DNA of 15,182 nucleotides from an uncultured archaeon (GCA_964525635.1 CAZGJX010000098.1:1-15182); one strand, 5' to 3'; shown: positions 1 to 7,534, numbered from the stretch's first letter. Translations and numbers: made by a program. Notes: a model not told the origin generated them from the sequence alone.

Positions 1-49
1 TCAATTATAAATCATTCTTAGTAATTTACTTTAGAGATGATTTTAAAAA

Positions 50-214
50 ATGGTTGGATGTCATGATTTAAAAGTAGGCGATATTTTAGAATGTCCTGAT
101 TGTGGTTTACAATTAGAAGTTAAATCAGAATGTAAGGAATGTGGAGAGAATTCATGTGGTTGTGAACATGAATGTGAATTTTCTTGTTGTGAAACTCCTT
201 TAGTCAAGAAATAA
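50..214 (+). CDS. Small Cys-rich metal-binding protein (desulforedoxin-like/metallothionein-like), 54 aa; absent from the ORF track
   Basis: Manual translation: MVGCHDLKVGDILECPDCGLQLEVKSECKECGENSCGCEHECEFSCCETPLVKK*. It has 10 Cys and 2 His, arranged as CxxCG...CxxC...CxC...CC. An in-frame TAA at 44-46 fixes the ATG at 50 as the start, and a T-rich tract follows the stop. Confidence 0.85.
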   Translation: MVGCHDLKVGDILECPDCGLQLEVKSECKECGENSCGCEHECEFSCCETPLVKK

Positions 215-217
215 ATC

Positions 218-242
218 TTTTTTTTTCTCTTTCTTTTTTTTT
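218..242 (+). terminator. Oligo-T archaeal-type terminator
   Basis: Near-continuous T/C run with two long T tracts directly after the stop codon at 214. Confidence 0.6.
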
Positions 243-276
243 CAAATACTCCTTATATAGATTTGACAATGGTATT

Positions 277-813
277 TTAAATAAACTTAGATCTCTTCAT
301 TATTTCGATAATTAGAGTCATAAATACTTTTTCTATATTTTCTCCCGTTTTTGAAGAACATTCAAAATAATCAAGAATATTATAAGGTTTAGATAAATTA
401 GAAGCATGTTCAAGAGTTAATTTTCTTTCCGTAGTCAAATCTGATTTACCTCCTACAATTAAAATTGGTATTTGACCTCGCCATTCAACTAATTTATCTC
501 GAAATAGCGAAAACCATTTATCTATATTTAAAAGGCTTTCTTTATTTGTAATATCATACATAAATATTCCTCCGAAAGCACCCCGAGCATAGTTAGGTAA
601 AAGAGGTCTAAACAGTTCATCCCCGATGAAATCCCATATTTGTAGATTTAATTTTAAACCTTCAATAACTAAATTTTTAGAATTAATACTAACTCCCATT
701 GTTTTTCCTACACCTAAATCGAATTTATCTGTAATAAACCGATTAATTAGTGAAGTTTTTCCTACTCCGGAATCTCCGAAGACGCATATTTTAAATGCAG
801 CATCAAATGAAAT
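277..813 (-). CDS. Rab-like (Ras superfamily) small GTPase, about 178 aa, probable non-AUG (ATT) start
   Basis: The frame stays open upstream of the called ATG at 699 and reads (I)SFDAAFKICVFGDSGVGKTSLINRFITDKFDLGVGKTMGV. G1 is GDSGVGKT, G2 is T(MG), G3 is WDFIG, G4 is GKSD and G5 is CSSK. It also has Rab-like LQIWD and YARGA segments. The start position is inferred. Confidence 0.9.
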   Translation of the reverse strand: MSFDAAFKICVFGDSGVGKTSLINRFITDKFDLGVGKTMGVSINSKNLVIEGLKLNLQIWDFIGDELFRPLLPNYARGAFGGIFMYDITNKESLLNIDKWFSLFRDKLVEWRGQIPILIVGGKSDLTTERKLTLEHASNLSKPYNILDYFECSSKTGENIEKVFMTLIIEIMKRSKFI

Positions 814-819
814 CCTTAA

Positions 820-825
820 CCCCTC
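820..825 (-). promoter_or_regulatory. Putative Shine-Dalgarno (GAGGGG) for the Rab-like GTPase
   Basis: The minus strand reads ataGAGGGGttaaggATTtca. This G-rich island in AT-rich DNA lies 6 nt before the ATT at 813. Confidence 0.5.
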
Positions 826-1097
826 TATAAATTGGGATATAAATATTATTCTTTTAAAGAAGGAATCTTTTATATATATTCTAAATTAATTATTAATTAT
901 ATTAGTAAAAAATATTGTCAATAATAAAAGGATTGTTTATTTTAATTTTTATCAATAAATTTATTTATATCCCGATTTGTATTTGTATTGATAAAAATTA
1001 AAGAAAATATAAATATTCTTAAAATTAGATATTTCAAAAGAAATACCAATATAATAAAAATATATTAAATATAAAATTAAAAAACCAATGATTATTT

Positions 1098-2237
1098 ATG
1101 GGAAATGAATTTAAAGATTTTCATTATCCTTTCATTTTTATAGTTTTAATTATTGCTTACCAAATAAGTGCATATTGTTTTTACCTTTATTTTCGATATA
1201 AAAAGGAAAAGTTAAAGATTAACAATATTTCTTTAGCCTTTGCCTTTTTATATGGTTTTGGATTTACGGGGATTGTAATCCGTTCAATTAATAGCTATTA
1301 TATTGATGATTTGTTATTATCTAATTTATTTATTAAAATCTCACACATCTCAATATCTATAGCTGTTATTTTATTTTTGCTGATAATATCTCAAAAATAT
1401 TATAATGAATTGATTGATATACGTATCACAAGAATAGTTTTGTTTATTTCTGTTATGATATCAATTCTAATTTTCATAATTAATGATATAGCACTTTTTG
1501 AAATTCTAATTCTAATATCTCTTGTTATTGGTGGACTTTATATGTTATTTTTTCATATATTGTTAATACAAAAATCTACTGGAACTATTAGGAATAGATT
1601 GTTATCGGTGCTTATTGGAGACATAATAATTATTTTCATCGTAGTGATTGGAACTGAACGACATCCATATCTTTTTTCATCTGATGTACAAGATATTATC
1701 ACACTTCTTTCTAATCCATTAGTTATTTTAGGACAACTAATAGTTTTTTATTCAATATATGATTTTCCCATCTTTTTAGAATTTAATTGGCAAGAAAATA
1801 TATTAAATCTCTATATTCTTGACATAAATAGATTGAAAATTATTTTTCAACATAATTTTATAAAAGTAAATGAAGAAGAATTAATATCTAAGCAAAATTC
1901 TAAAAGTCATAACATAATATTTTCTGGTGGAATAATTGGGATGGAAAAAATAGTATCAGCAATGACAAAATCTAAAGAGTCAAAGATTGAAAAGATAAGA
2001 CAAGGTGAATATTTAATTTTATTAAATCAAGGTGAGAATGATTTTAATTTTCTTACATATTGCATTTTGGTTAAAAAAGATATGGTAAGTATCAGATATG
2101 TTTTAAAATTGATAAAGAACGAATTTACTAAGTTATATGGATCTATATTACAAGATTTAAAATTAATTGAGGATAAAGAGAGTCAAATATTTTTAGAATT
2201 TAATCAAATAATTGAAGATATATTTAAAACAAATTAA
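1098..2237 (+). CDS. 7-TM membrane protein with C-terminal longin-like domain (paralog A)
   Basis: Seven hydrophobic segments are visible in aa ~10-222, followed by the junction PIFLEFNWQ. The ~150-aa soluble tail has a beta-beta-alpha-beta-beta-beta-alpha-alpha pattern (ILNLYIL / IIFQHNF / FSGGIIGMEKIV / IEKI-YLILL-TYCILV / two helices), typical of longin folds. The fold call is pattern-based. Confidence 0.75.
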   Translation: MGNEFKDFHYPFIFIVLIIAYQISAYCFYLYFRYKKEKLKINNISLAFAFLYGFGFTGIVIRSINSYYIDDLLLSNLFIKISHISISIAVILFLLIISQKYYNELIDIRITRIVLFISVMISILIFIINDIALFEILILISLVIGGLYMLFFHILLIQKSTGTIRNRLLSVLIGDIIIIFIVVIGTERHPYLFSSDVQDIITLLSNPLVILGQLIVFYSIYDFPIFLEFNWQENILNLYILDINRLKIIFQHNFIKVNEEELISKQNSKSHNIIFSGGIIGMEKIVSAMTKSKESKIEKIRQGEYLILLNQGENDFNFLTYCILVKKDMVSIRYVLKLIKNEFTKLYGSILQDLKLIEDKESQIFLEFNQIIEDIFKTN

Positions 2238-2253
2238 AAACTAAAGATCTTTT

Positions 2254-3342
2254 ATGATTTTTGATAAAATTGAATTTCCCTTAGATGGACCTATAGCAGA
2301 TGTATTATTAGTTATTGAGTGGATAATTGTATTTATATATTTAGAATTTGCTTTAGTTTTTCTAAATCGTACTCTAAAATTTAAAAAAGAATTAAAAAGT
2401 CTGCAGGAAAAAGGATATGTATTTTTATTTTTAGGTTTTTCTTTAATGTGGATTTTTTTTATTATAGGAGATTATTATATGATCTCTCTTGATTTAAGAT
2501 ATATATGTCTTAACTGTGGTTATGTCTCATTAATGCTTGGGTGTGTTATTTTTTTTTATACTATTGAAAAAAATAAAATATTTTTAAAAAGATATTTATT
2601 TACATTGATATTCACATTAGATATTATTTTATTTATATTAATAATTTTTATCGATATATACTCTGGGCAGTTAATCACATTTACATTTTGGATAATTTTT
2701 CTTCTATTTTTTATTTTTTATTCAATAGAATTAGGTTCTATTTTCAAATCAAATCCGATATTAGGTAACTATAAATTTCAATATCTGAAATTAGTTTTGG
2801 GGATCATATTTCTTATTTTTGGTTTTGGTCTAACAATTGATTTTATTATAGATTTATTCGGATTAATTTCACGTGTAATAGGAGATTTATTACAAATAGG
2901 TGCAATTATATTCCTATTTTTATTTTTTATATCTATTCCTTCATTTTTAGAGTATGATTGGCAAAAGAAGGTTGAAAATATTTACATTATACATAAATCA
3001 GGATTACTTATATATGAAAAATCGTTTATAGGTGAAGATGATGATCAATATGATTCCTCTATTTCTGGCAAAATTACAAGCTTAAAAATGATGTTGGAAC
3101 ATATCAGTAAAAAAGAAGATATATCTGTTATTGAAAAAAAAGGAAAAATAATCATTATCCAACCAGGTCATTATATCTATGGAGTTTTGATTTGTAAAGT
3201 AAAGTTAAATTCACTTCAAATTCTTTTAAATAATTTTATTGAAAAAATTGAAGTGATTTATTCAAAGATCTTGGAAAAATGGGATGGAGATTTAAAGGTT
3301 TTAAGACCAATTGATAAAATTGTGAAAGATTATTTCATCTAA
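2254..3342 (+). CDS. 7-TM membrane protein with C-terminal longin-like domain (paralog B)
   Basis: Seven hydrophobic segments in aa ~17-228, then the junction PSFLEYDWQ. The tail reads IYIIHKSGLLIYEKSF...ISGKITSLKMML...VIEKKGKIIII...IYGVLI...LNNFIEKIE...WDGD, a longin-like pattern. The gene starts 16 bp after paralog A, so the two are probably co-transcribed. Confidence 0.78.
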   Translation: MIFDKIEFPLDGPIADVLLVIEWIIVFIYLEFALVFLNRTLKFKKELKSLQEKGYVFLFLGFSLMWIFFIIGDYYMISLDLRYICLNCGYVSLMLGCVIFFYTIEKNKIFLKRYLFTLIFTLDIILFILIIFIDIYSGQLITFTFWIIFLLFFIFYSIELGSIFKSNPILGNYKFQYLKLVLGIIFLIFGFGLTIDFIIDLFGLISRVIGDLLQIGAIIFLFLFFISIPSFLEYDWQKKVENIYIIHKSGLLIYEKSFIGEDDDQYDSSISGKITSLKMMLEHISKKEDISVIEKKGKIIIIQPGHYIYGVLICKVKLNSLQILLNNFIEKIEVIYSKILEKWDGDLKVLRPIDKIVKDYFI

Positions 3343-3383
3343 TTGAAAGGATAATCATAATTATTTGAAGTTATATCAAGGAA

Positions 3384-3398
3384 TTTTTTCTTTTTTTT
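3384..3398 (+). terminator. Possible oligo-T terminator after the 7-TM gene pair
   Basis: ttttttctttttttt about 40 nt after the stop at 3342. Confidence 0.4.
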
Positions 3399-3530
3399 CA
3401 ATATTTATCAATTTCTATCTTTAACAAGTTTGAGATCTATTGGTTGCATATTATCTGAGTATTATTTAATTTTTTGAAAAGTGCTTTCGTTGTTTTTCTT
3501 AAGATAATTTTTTTGCAATTGGTATTAAAT

Positions 3531-4013
3531 TTGATAGACATAAAAAGAAAAATATGTATAATAGGAGAAGGTGGAGTAGGGAAAACTTCTTTAGTCTCTC
3601 TACTTCAAGGAAAGGAGATGCAAAAAGAAAGGAGTCCTACGGTTGGTTTAGAAATTGAGGATTCTATTTTAAATGGTAATAAATGTTCAATTTGGGATTT
3701 AGGCGGGCAAGAGAGGTTTAGATTTATGTGGAAAGATTTTTTACGTAAATCTGGATTAACAGTTTTAGTTTGCGATTCAACAAAAAAGAATTTAGAAAAA
3801 ACTAAAGAAATCCTTAACAGATTTTCTAACTATATAGGTTCTAAAGTTATAGCTATTGCTAATAAACAAGATCTTGATAATGCTATGAGTCCTGATGATG
3901 TTGAGAAAACATTAGGTATAAAAACCTATGGTATGAGTGCTATTAAATCAGATTTACATAAAAGAATGCGTGAGATTTTTGAATATGAAATAAATCAAAA
4001 AGAAAATTCATAA
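3531..4013 (+). CDS. Arf-like small GTPase, about 160 aa (likely TTG start at 3531; the ORF track starts at 3474)
   Basis: G1 is GEGGVGKT, G2 is PTVG, G3 is WDLGGQERFRFMW (Arf-type GGQ..R..W), G4 is NKQD and G5 is SAI. The TTG at 3531 lies just before beta-1 (KICIIG). Confidence 0.9.
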   Translation: MIDIKRKICIIGEGGVGKTSLVSLLQGKEMQKERSPTVGLEIEDSILNGNKCSIWDLGGQERFRFMWKDFLRKSGLTVLVCDSTKKNLEKTKEILNRFSNYIGSKVIAIANKQDLDNAMSPDDVEKTLGIKTYGMSAIKSDLHKRMREIFEYEINQKENS

Positions 4014-4112
4014 TTAATTTTACTTTGCTATAGTAATCCTCAGTGATAAGACTTCTAAATTAGAATTTATATCCAATTCAAATCTTGAAGTTTTTTAAAC
4101 TAAATTACTTTA

Positions 4113-4682
4113 TTAATATCCTCGGAAAGCTCTCCCAATTATATGAGCCATTCGAACACATTCAGGCAATTTTGAATCGATACTTACTTTCTGGAATAAT
4201 TGTTCTACTTCGTCAACTTCTATTCCTATCGCGTGATAGTATATCTTTGATTTCCCTGCAGCTGTACTTATTTTAGTTTCATATAAATTACCTGCTTCAC
4301 TGATCATCTTGAATTTTTGTTTATAATTTTTAGGATATTTATTAATTAAGGCATTTTTAACTGAATCAATATCTACTTCTCGTTCAGTAACAGCGATGAT
4401 TGGTTTATTAGTCTTATTATAAATTTCTTTGATATTAACAAGATTAAATCCTCCAAAAGTTATTGTATGTGTAAATATATATTGAACATGATCTTTATTT
4501 CGTTGAATTAATTCGATTAATTTTTCTGTAGCATCATTACCATCAATGGTAATTAAATCTTTTTCTACTCTTACCATTCGTATTCCCTGACAAATAACAC
4601 CAATTAAATACGTATGAGTAGAATCCGCACTTAATTGAAATGTTGCATCATCAAATCCATAAACAATTGGATAATCTTTCAT
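4113..4682 (-). CDS. DUF99 family protein (endonuclease V-like fold)
   Basis: Motifs GFDDA, IDGNDAT, ITFGGFN and KLPECVRMAHII. Its start overlaps the upstream gene's stop as ATGA (4679-4682). Confidence 0.85.
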   Translation of the reverse strand: MKDYPIVYGFDDATFQLSADSTHTYLIGVICQGIRMVRVEKDLITIDGNDATEKLIELIQRNKDHVQYIFTHTITFGGFNLVNIKEIYNKTNKPIIAVTEREVDIDSVKNALINKYPKNYKQKFKMISEAGNLYETKISTAAGKSKIYYHAIGIEVDEVEQLFQKVSIDSKLPECVRMAHIIGRAFRGY

Positions 4683-5131
4683 GTTTTATCTTCAGGTAAA
4701 AATTTTTTTACATTCAAAAGAAGTTTATTAAAAGCATTGGAAGCAATTTCTATTTCTAATCCTCTATCAACAATATTTTTTGATAATTGATTTACCAAAA
4801 AATCAATAATCTCATTAATTGTAATATTATTATTTATCCAAACGTAAGCAATGATTGCTTCTACTGTATCAGCAAGATCATGAGCATCAGCCCTATTTCT
4901 CGCAAAATCTTTCATATTTGCTTTCCTTAACGCTTCAGCTAAAATTTTTTTACTGACTTTTTGACCCGTTCGAATAGTGATATTTTTATTATGATTTCTT
5001 GTTAAACAAATGGATTTAGCAACTGAATATGTTAAATTAACAATTCCATCTCCAATTTTAGCTAGACCTTTATCTGTACCAATTGCTTTTTGAGTCTTTG
5101 GGATATTATTAATTAAAAAAGAATAAGCCAT
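4679..5131 (-). CDS. Archaeal ribonuclease III-like single-domain protein
   Basis: DKGLAKIGDGIVNL and ADTVEAIIAY match the RNase III signature helices. There is no dsRBD. It sits in its usual position next to rpoL and DUF99. Confidence 0.8.
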   Translation of the reverse strand: MAYSFLINNIPKTQKAIGTDKGLAKIGDGIVNLTYSVAKSICLTRNHNKNITIRTGQKVSKKILAEALRKANMKDFARNRADAHDLADTVEAIIAYVWINNNITINEIIDFLVNQLSKNIVDRGLEIEIASNAFNKLLLNVKKFLPEDKT

Positions 5132-5186
5132 TATATATTGATGATTCGCATAACTTTAAAAAATTATCATTATAAGGAATTCAAAG

Positions 5187-5675
5187 TTATGTAAGATTTT
5201 TAAAAATCTTTTGAACTTGAATTACTTCATTTCTTAAATTACTGATCCCTGTTCTTAAAATCTCTTTTATTTTAAAACCTTTTTTTAATTTTATAAATAT
5301 TTTAGGAGATTCAACATTATTTTTTTTATAAGCTGCAATATCTACTCCTTCTAAAGCTAATAGATGTTTTACAAAGACATTTAAAAAGCCATGAGATTGG
5401 CCATCAACAAGAATTTCATAATTATTTTCCCCTTCTTTCTTGATTATTTGTAAATCTAGATATTTATATTCTGGGACTTCTTCTTCTTCTTCTTCGAATT
5501 CAACATCTTCTTCCTCTCCTTCCATTAGATCATCTACGGCTTCTAAATCATCAACTTTATCTTTTTTTTTCCCTTTTTCTATTTTAGGATAAACAATTTC
5601 AATTTCTTGATCTTCTAGTTCCTCTAAGTCGTCAAAACCTTCTTCATCTTTATCTTCTTCTTTTTTCTTTGCCAT
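5187..5675 (-). CDS. rpoL: DNA-directed RNA polymerase subunit Rpo11/L with acidic N-terminal extension
   Basis: The C-terminal ~90 aa (EILVDGQSHGFLNVFVKHLL..GVDIAAY...PKIFI...terminal helix) resemble Rpo11/Rpb11. It lies downstream of csl4 as in other archaea. The canonical HP motif is missing. Confidence 0.8.
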   Translation of the reverse strand: MAKKKEEDKDEEGFDDLEELEDQEIEIVYPKIEKGKKKDKVDDLEAVDDLMEGEEEDVEFEEEEEEVPEYKYLDLQIIKKEGENNYEILVDGQSHGFLNVFVKHLLALEGVDIAAYKKNNVESPKIFIKLKKGFKIKEILRTGISNLRNEVIQVQKIFKNLT

Positions 5676-5683
5676 TAAAATAA

Positions 5684-5688
5684 CTCCT
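5684..5688 (-). promoter_or_regulatory. Shine-Dalgarno AGGAG for rpoL
   Basis: The minus strand reads ttAGGAGttattttaATG, which supports the start at 5675. Confidence 0.65.
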
Positions 5689-5910
5689 AAATAATTGTAC
5701 TTATTAAAAATAGTATTTCATAAAATAAATGTTTTTTGATTTAAGTAATCTAAGATTTATTCAAACTATTGTAAATAGCAATTATTTGTATTGAAAAAAG
5801 AAAAATTGAGGTATTTCTCGAAATTTAGAATAATAAACTTCTTTGTTTTTTTTACCAGTTTTTTGATTGTTTATAAATAGTTTTAAGCTTATACTATCTT
5901 TTATCAATAA

Positions 5911-6129
5911 TTATTCTAACAATTGTTCTGCCAAATCTTTTATTCTTCCGATAGCAAGATGCTGTAGATCTCTTGGACCTGACAATTTAATTTTAATAAC
6001 TTTTCCTTCTACTGTACAATTTATATCTAAATAATCTATCTTTTTTTGAATTGATTCGAGAAACTTTACAATGTTTTCTAATTTACCAGTATTATTGTAG
6101 AATCGTATAATTTTTTTTCCTTTAGTCAT
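5911..6129 (-). CDS. Small alpha/beta protein, DUF2067-like (N-terminal domain only)
   Basis: 72 aa with a beta-alpha-beta-beta-alpha pattern (IKIKLSGPRDLQHLAIGRIKDL). It lies between csl4 and rpoL, where DUF2067 genes occur in some archaea. Confidence 0.55.
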   Translation of the reverse strand: MTKGKKIIRFYNNTGKLENIVKFLESIQKKIDYLDINCTVEGKVIKIKLSGPRDLQHLAIGRIKDLAEQLLE

Positions 6130-6173
6130 AATTTATCAAAAAATAGCTATTATTAAAAATAAATATTTTAGAA

Positions 6174-6770
6174 TTAGAATCTTAAATGATATGAAATATC
6201 TCTATAATCACCTGCTAACTTACGATTTTCTTTATTTCCACACATAGAACATTGTAATCTACTATATCCCATTTTATCTAAAGGTGTTCCACATACCGAA
6301 CAGTCAGCATGGATTACTCCAAGATTCTTTCCTGTTGTAGTTAAATCATACTCATTCTCTTTTTCTTCAATAACTTTTGCTCGAATTATATCTGTAACCT
6401 GAAAAGCATCTGTTATTTGTTCTACATATTTGTTAGATATTTGACTTACATGTATATTTCCAAAGAAATAAGAGTTAAAATGTACTTTTCTGTTAATAGT
6501 ATAAAAATTTAAACCCACAGAATATTTTCTTACAAATAAAATAGAACCTAATATAATATCACCAATTTTCACTATTTTTCTATCTTTATCTTGGTGAGTT
6601 TCTATATTAATTTTTCTTTTATCCATATCTAAAGATATTAATCCACTTTTAGTTGCATAAATGGCACCTTCTTTTACATAAGTAGAATCCTTGTCAGGGA
6701 GATATTCTTCAACTACTCCTAAATATTCTCCAGTTAACACAATATCTTTATTTTTTAATAGTTTTTTCAT
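6174..6770 (-). CDS. csl4: Exosome complex RNA-binding protein Csl4
   Basis: N-terminal VLTGEYLGVVEEYLP, S1 domain (IHVSQIS...DIIRAKV), and zinc ribbon CSVCG...CSMCGNKENRKLA. Confidence 0.95.
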   Translation of the reverse strand: MKKLLKNKDIVLTGEYLGVVEEYLPDKDSTYVKEGAIYATKSGLISLDMDKRKINIETHQDKDRKIVKIGDIILGSILFVRKYSVGLNFYTINRKVHFNSYFFGNIHVSQISNKYVEQITDAFQVTDIIRAKVIEEKENEYDLTTTGKNLGVIHADCSVCGTPLDKMGYSRLQCSMCGNKENRKLAGDYRDISYHLRF

Positions 6771-6880
6771 GAATCACAACAAAACCGAACTTTTTTCTCA
6801 TATGTTTCTCTTCTATTTATTTAAAATTTATTAATGTAAATAAATTTATTGATAATGAATATTACGATCGTTAAAATTAT

Positions 6881-7534
6881 ATGGAGGAAATTAAAATAAG
6901 AAAAAAAGATCTTATTTCTATTGTTCAAAATGTTGAAAGTTTTACAAATCCTAAAATTCAATTAGAACAATATACAATTGATGCTGTATGTGCAGTTGAT
7001 ATTATCTTTTTCGCAGGTTTTGAATTTAATGATATAAAAAATAGATTTATTTTTGATATGGGATCTGGAACAGGAAGATTATCTATAGCAAGTGCTTTTC
7101 TAAATGCTCATACTATTATTAGTATTGATTTAGATGCCAATGCTCTAAAAATTTTACAAAAAAACATAAACTTTCTTGAATTAGAGAATGTTATTTTTCC
7201 ATTATGTTGTACTGTAGAAAATTTAGAAATAAAAAAAGAAAAACTACCTAAAGACTTGAAAATTACAACAATTATGAATCCTCCATTTGGAATTCAAAAA
7301 GAACATGCTGATAGATTTTTTCTGAAAAAAGCATTTTCAATATCAGATGTTATATATTCAATTCATATAGCCAATCAAAAAGTTCAAAGATTTTTTAAAG
7401 ATTTTGCAAAACGACGACATTGGGAAGTTGATTATATTCTTCCTTATAATATGGTTCTTGAAAAAGCATTTCCATTTCATACACAAAGTAGAAAAAATAT
7501 AAATGTTGATGTGTATAGATTTTTAAAAAAATAA
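6881..7534 (+). CDS. METTL5-family SAM-dependent N6-adenine RNA methyltransferase
   Basis: PKIQLEQY, SAM-binding DMGSGTG, catalytic NPPFG, YSIH and a C-terminal FH motif. Divergent from csl4. Confidence 0.9.
   Translation: MEEIKIRKKDLISIVQNVESFTNPKIQLEQYTIDAVCAVDIIFFAGFEFNDIKNRFIFDMGSGTGRLSIASAFLNAHTIISIDLDANALKILQKNINFLELENVIFPLCCTVENLEIKKEKLPKDLKITTIMNPPFGIQKEHADRFFLKKAFSISDVIYSIHIANQKVQRFFKDFAKRRHWEVDYILPYNMVLEKAFPFHTQSRKNINVDVYRFLKK

Noticed and set aside
277-699. ORF-track 140-aa version of the GTPase
   Set aside because: It lacks the in-frame P-loop encoded upstream, so it is a truncated call.
626-889. 87-aa + strand ORF
   Set aside because: Antisense shadow of the Rab-like GTPase N-terminus, with no recognisable motifs.
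814-1097. AT-rich intergenic regions (also 5676-5910, 8962-9224, 11004-11269) as ncRNA, CRISPR or specific promoter sites
   Set aside because: No repeat-spacer periodicity, tRNA fold or GC-rich stems. TATA-like words are too frequent at this AT content to assign individually.
1088-1108. Tiny out-of-frame ORF (MIIYGK) overlapping the start of paralog A
   Set aside because: Expected by chance in AT-rich DNA, with no supporting signal.
1098-3342. Rhodopsin or true GPCR identity for the 7-TM proteins
   Set aside because: No retinal-binding Lys motif in TM7 and no DRY or NPxxY motifs. A 7-TM count alone does not show homology.
4085-4276. 63-aa + strand ORF
   Set aside because: Antisense to the DUF99 gene.
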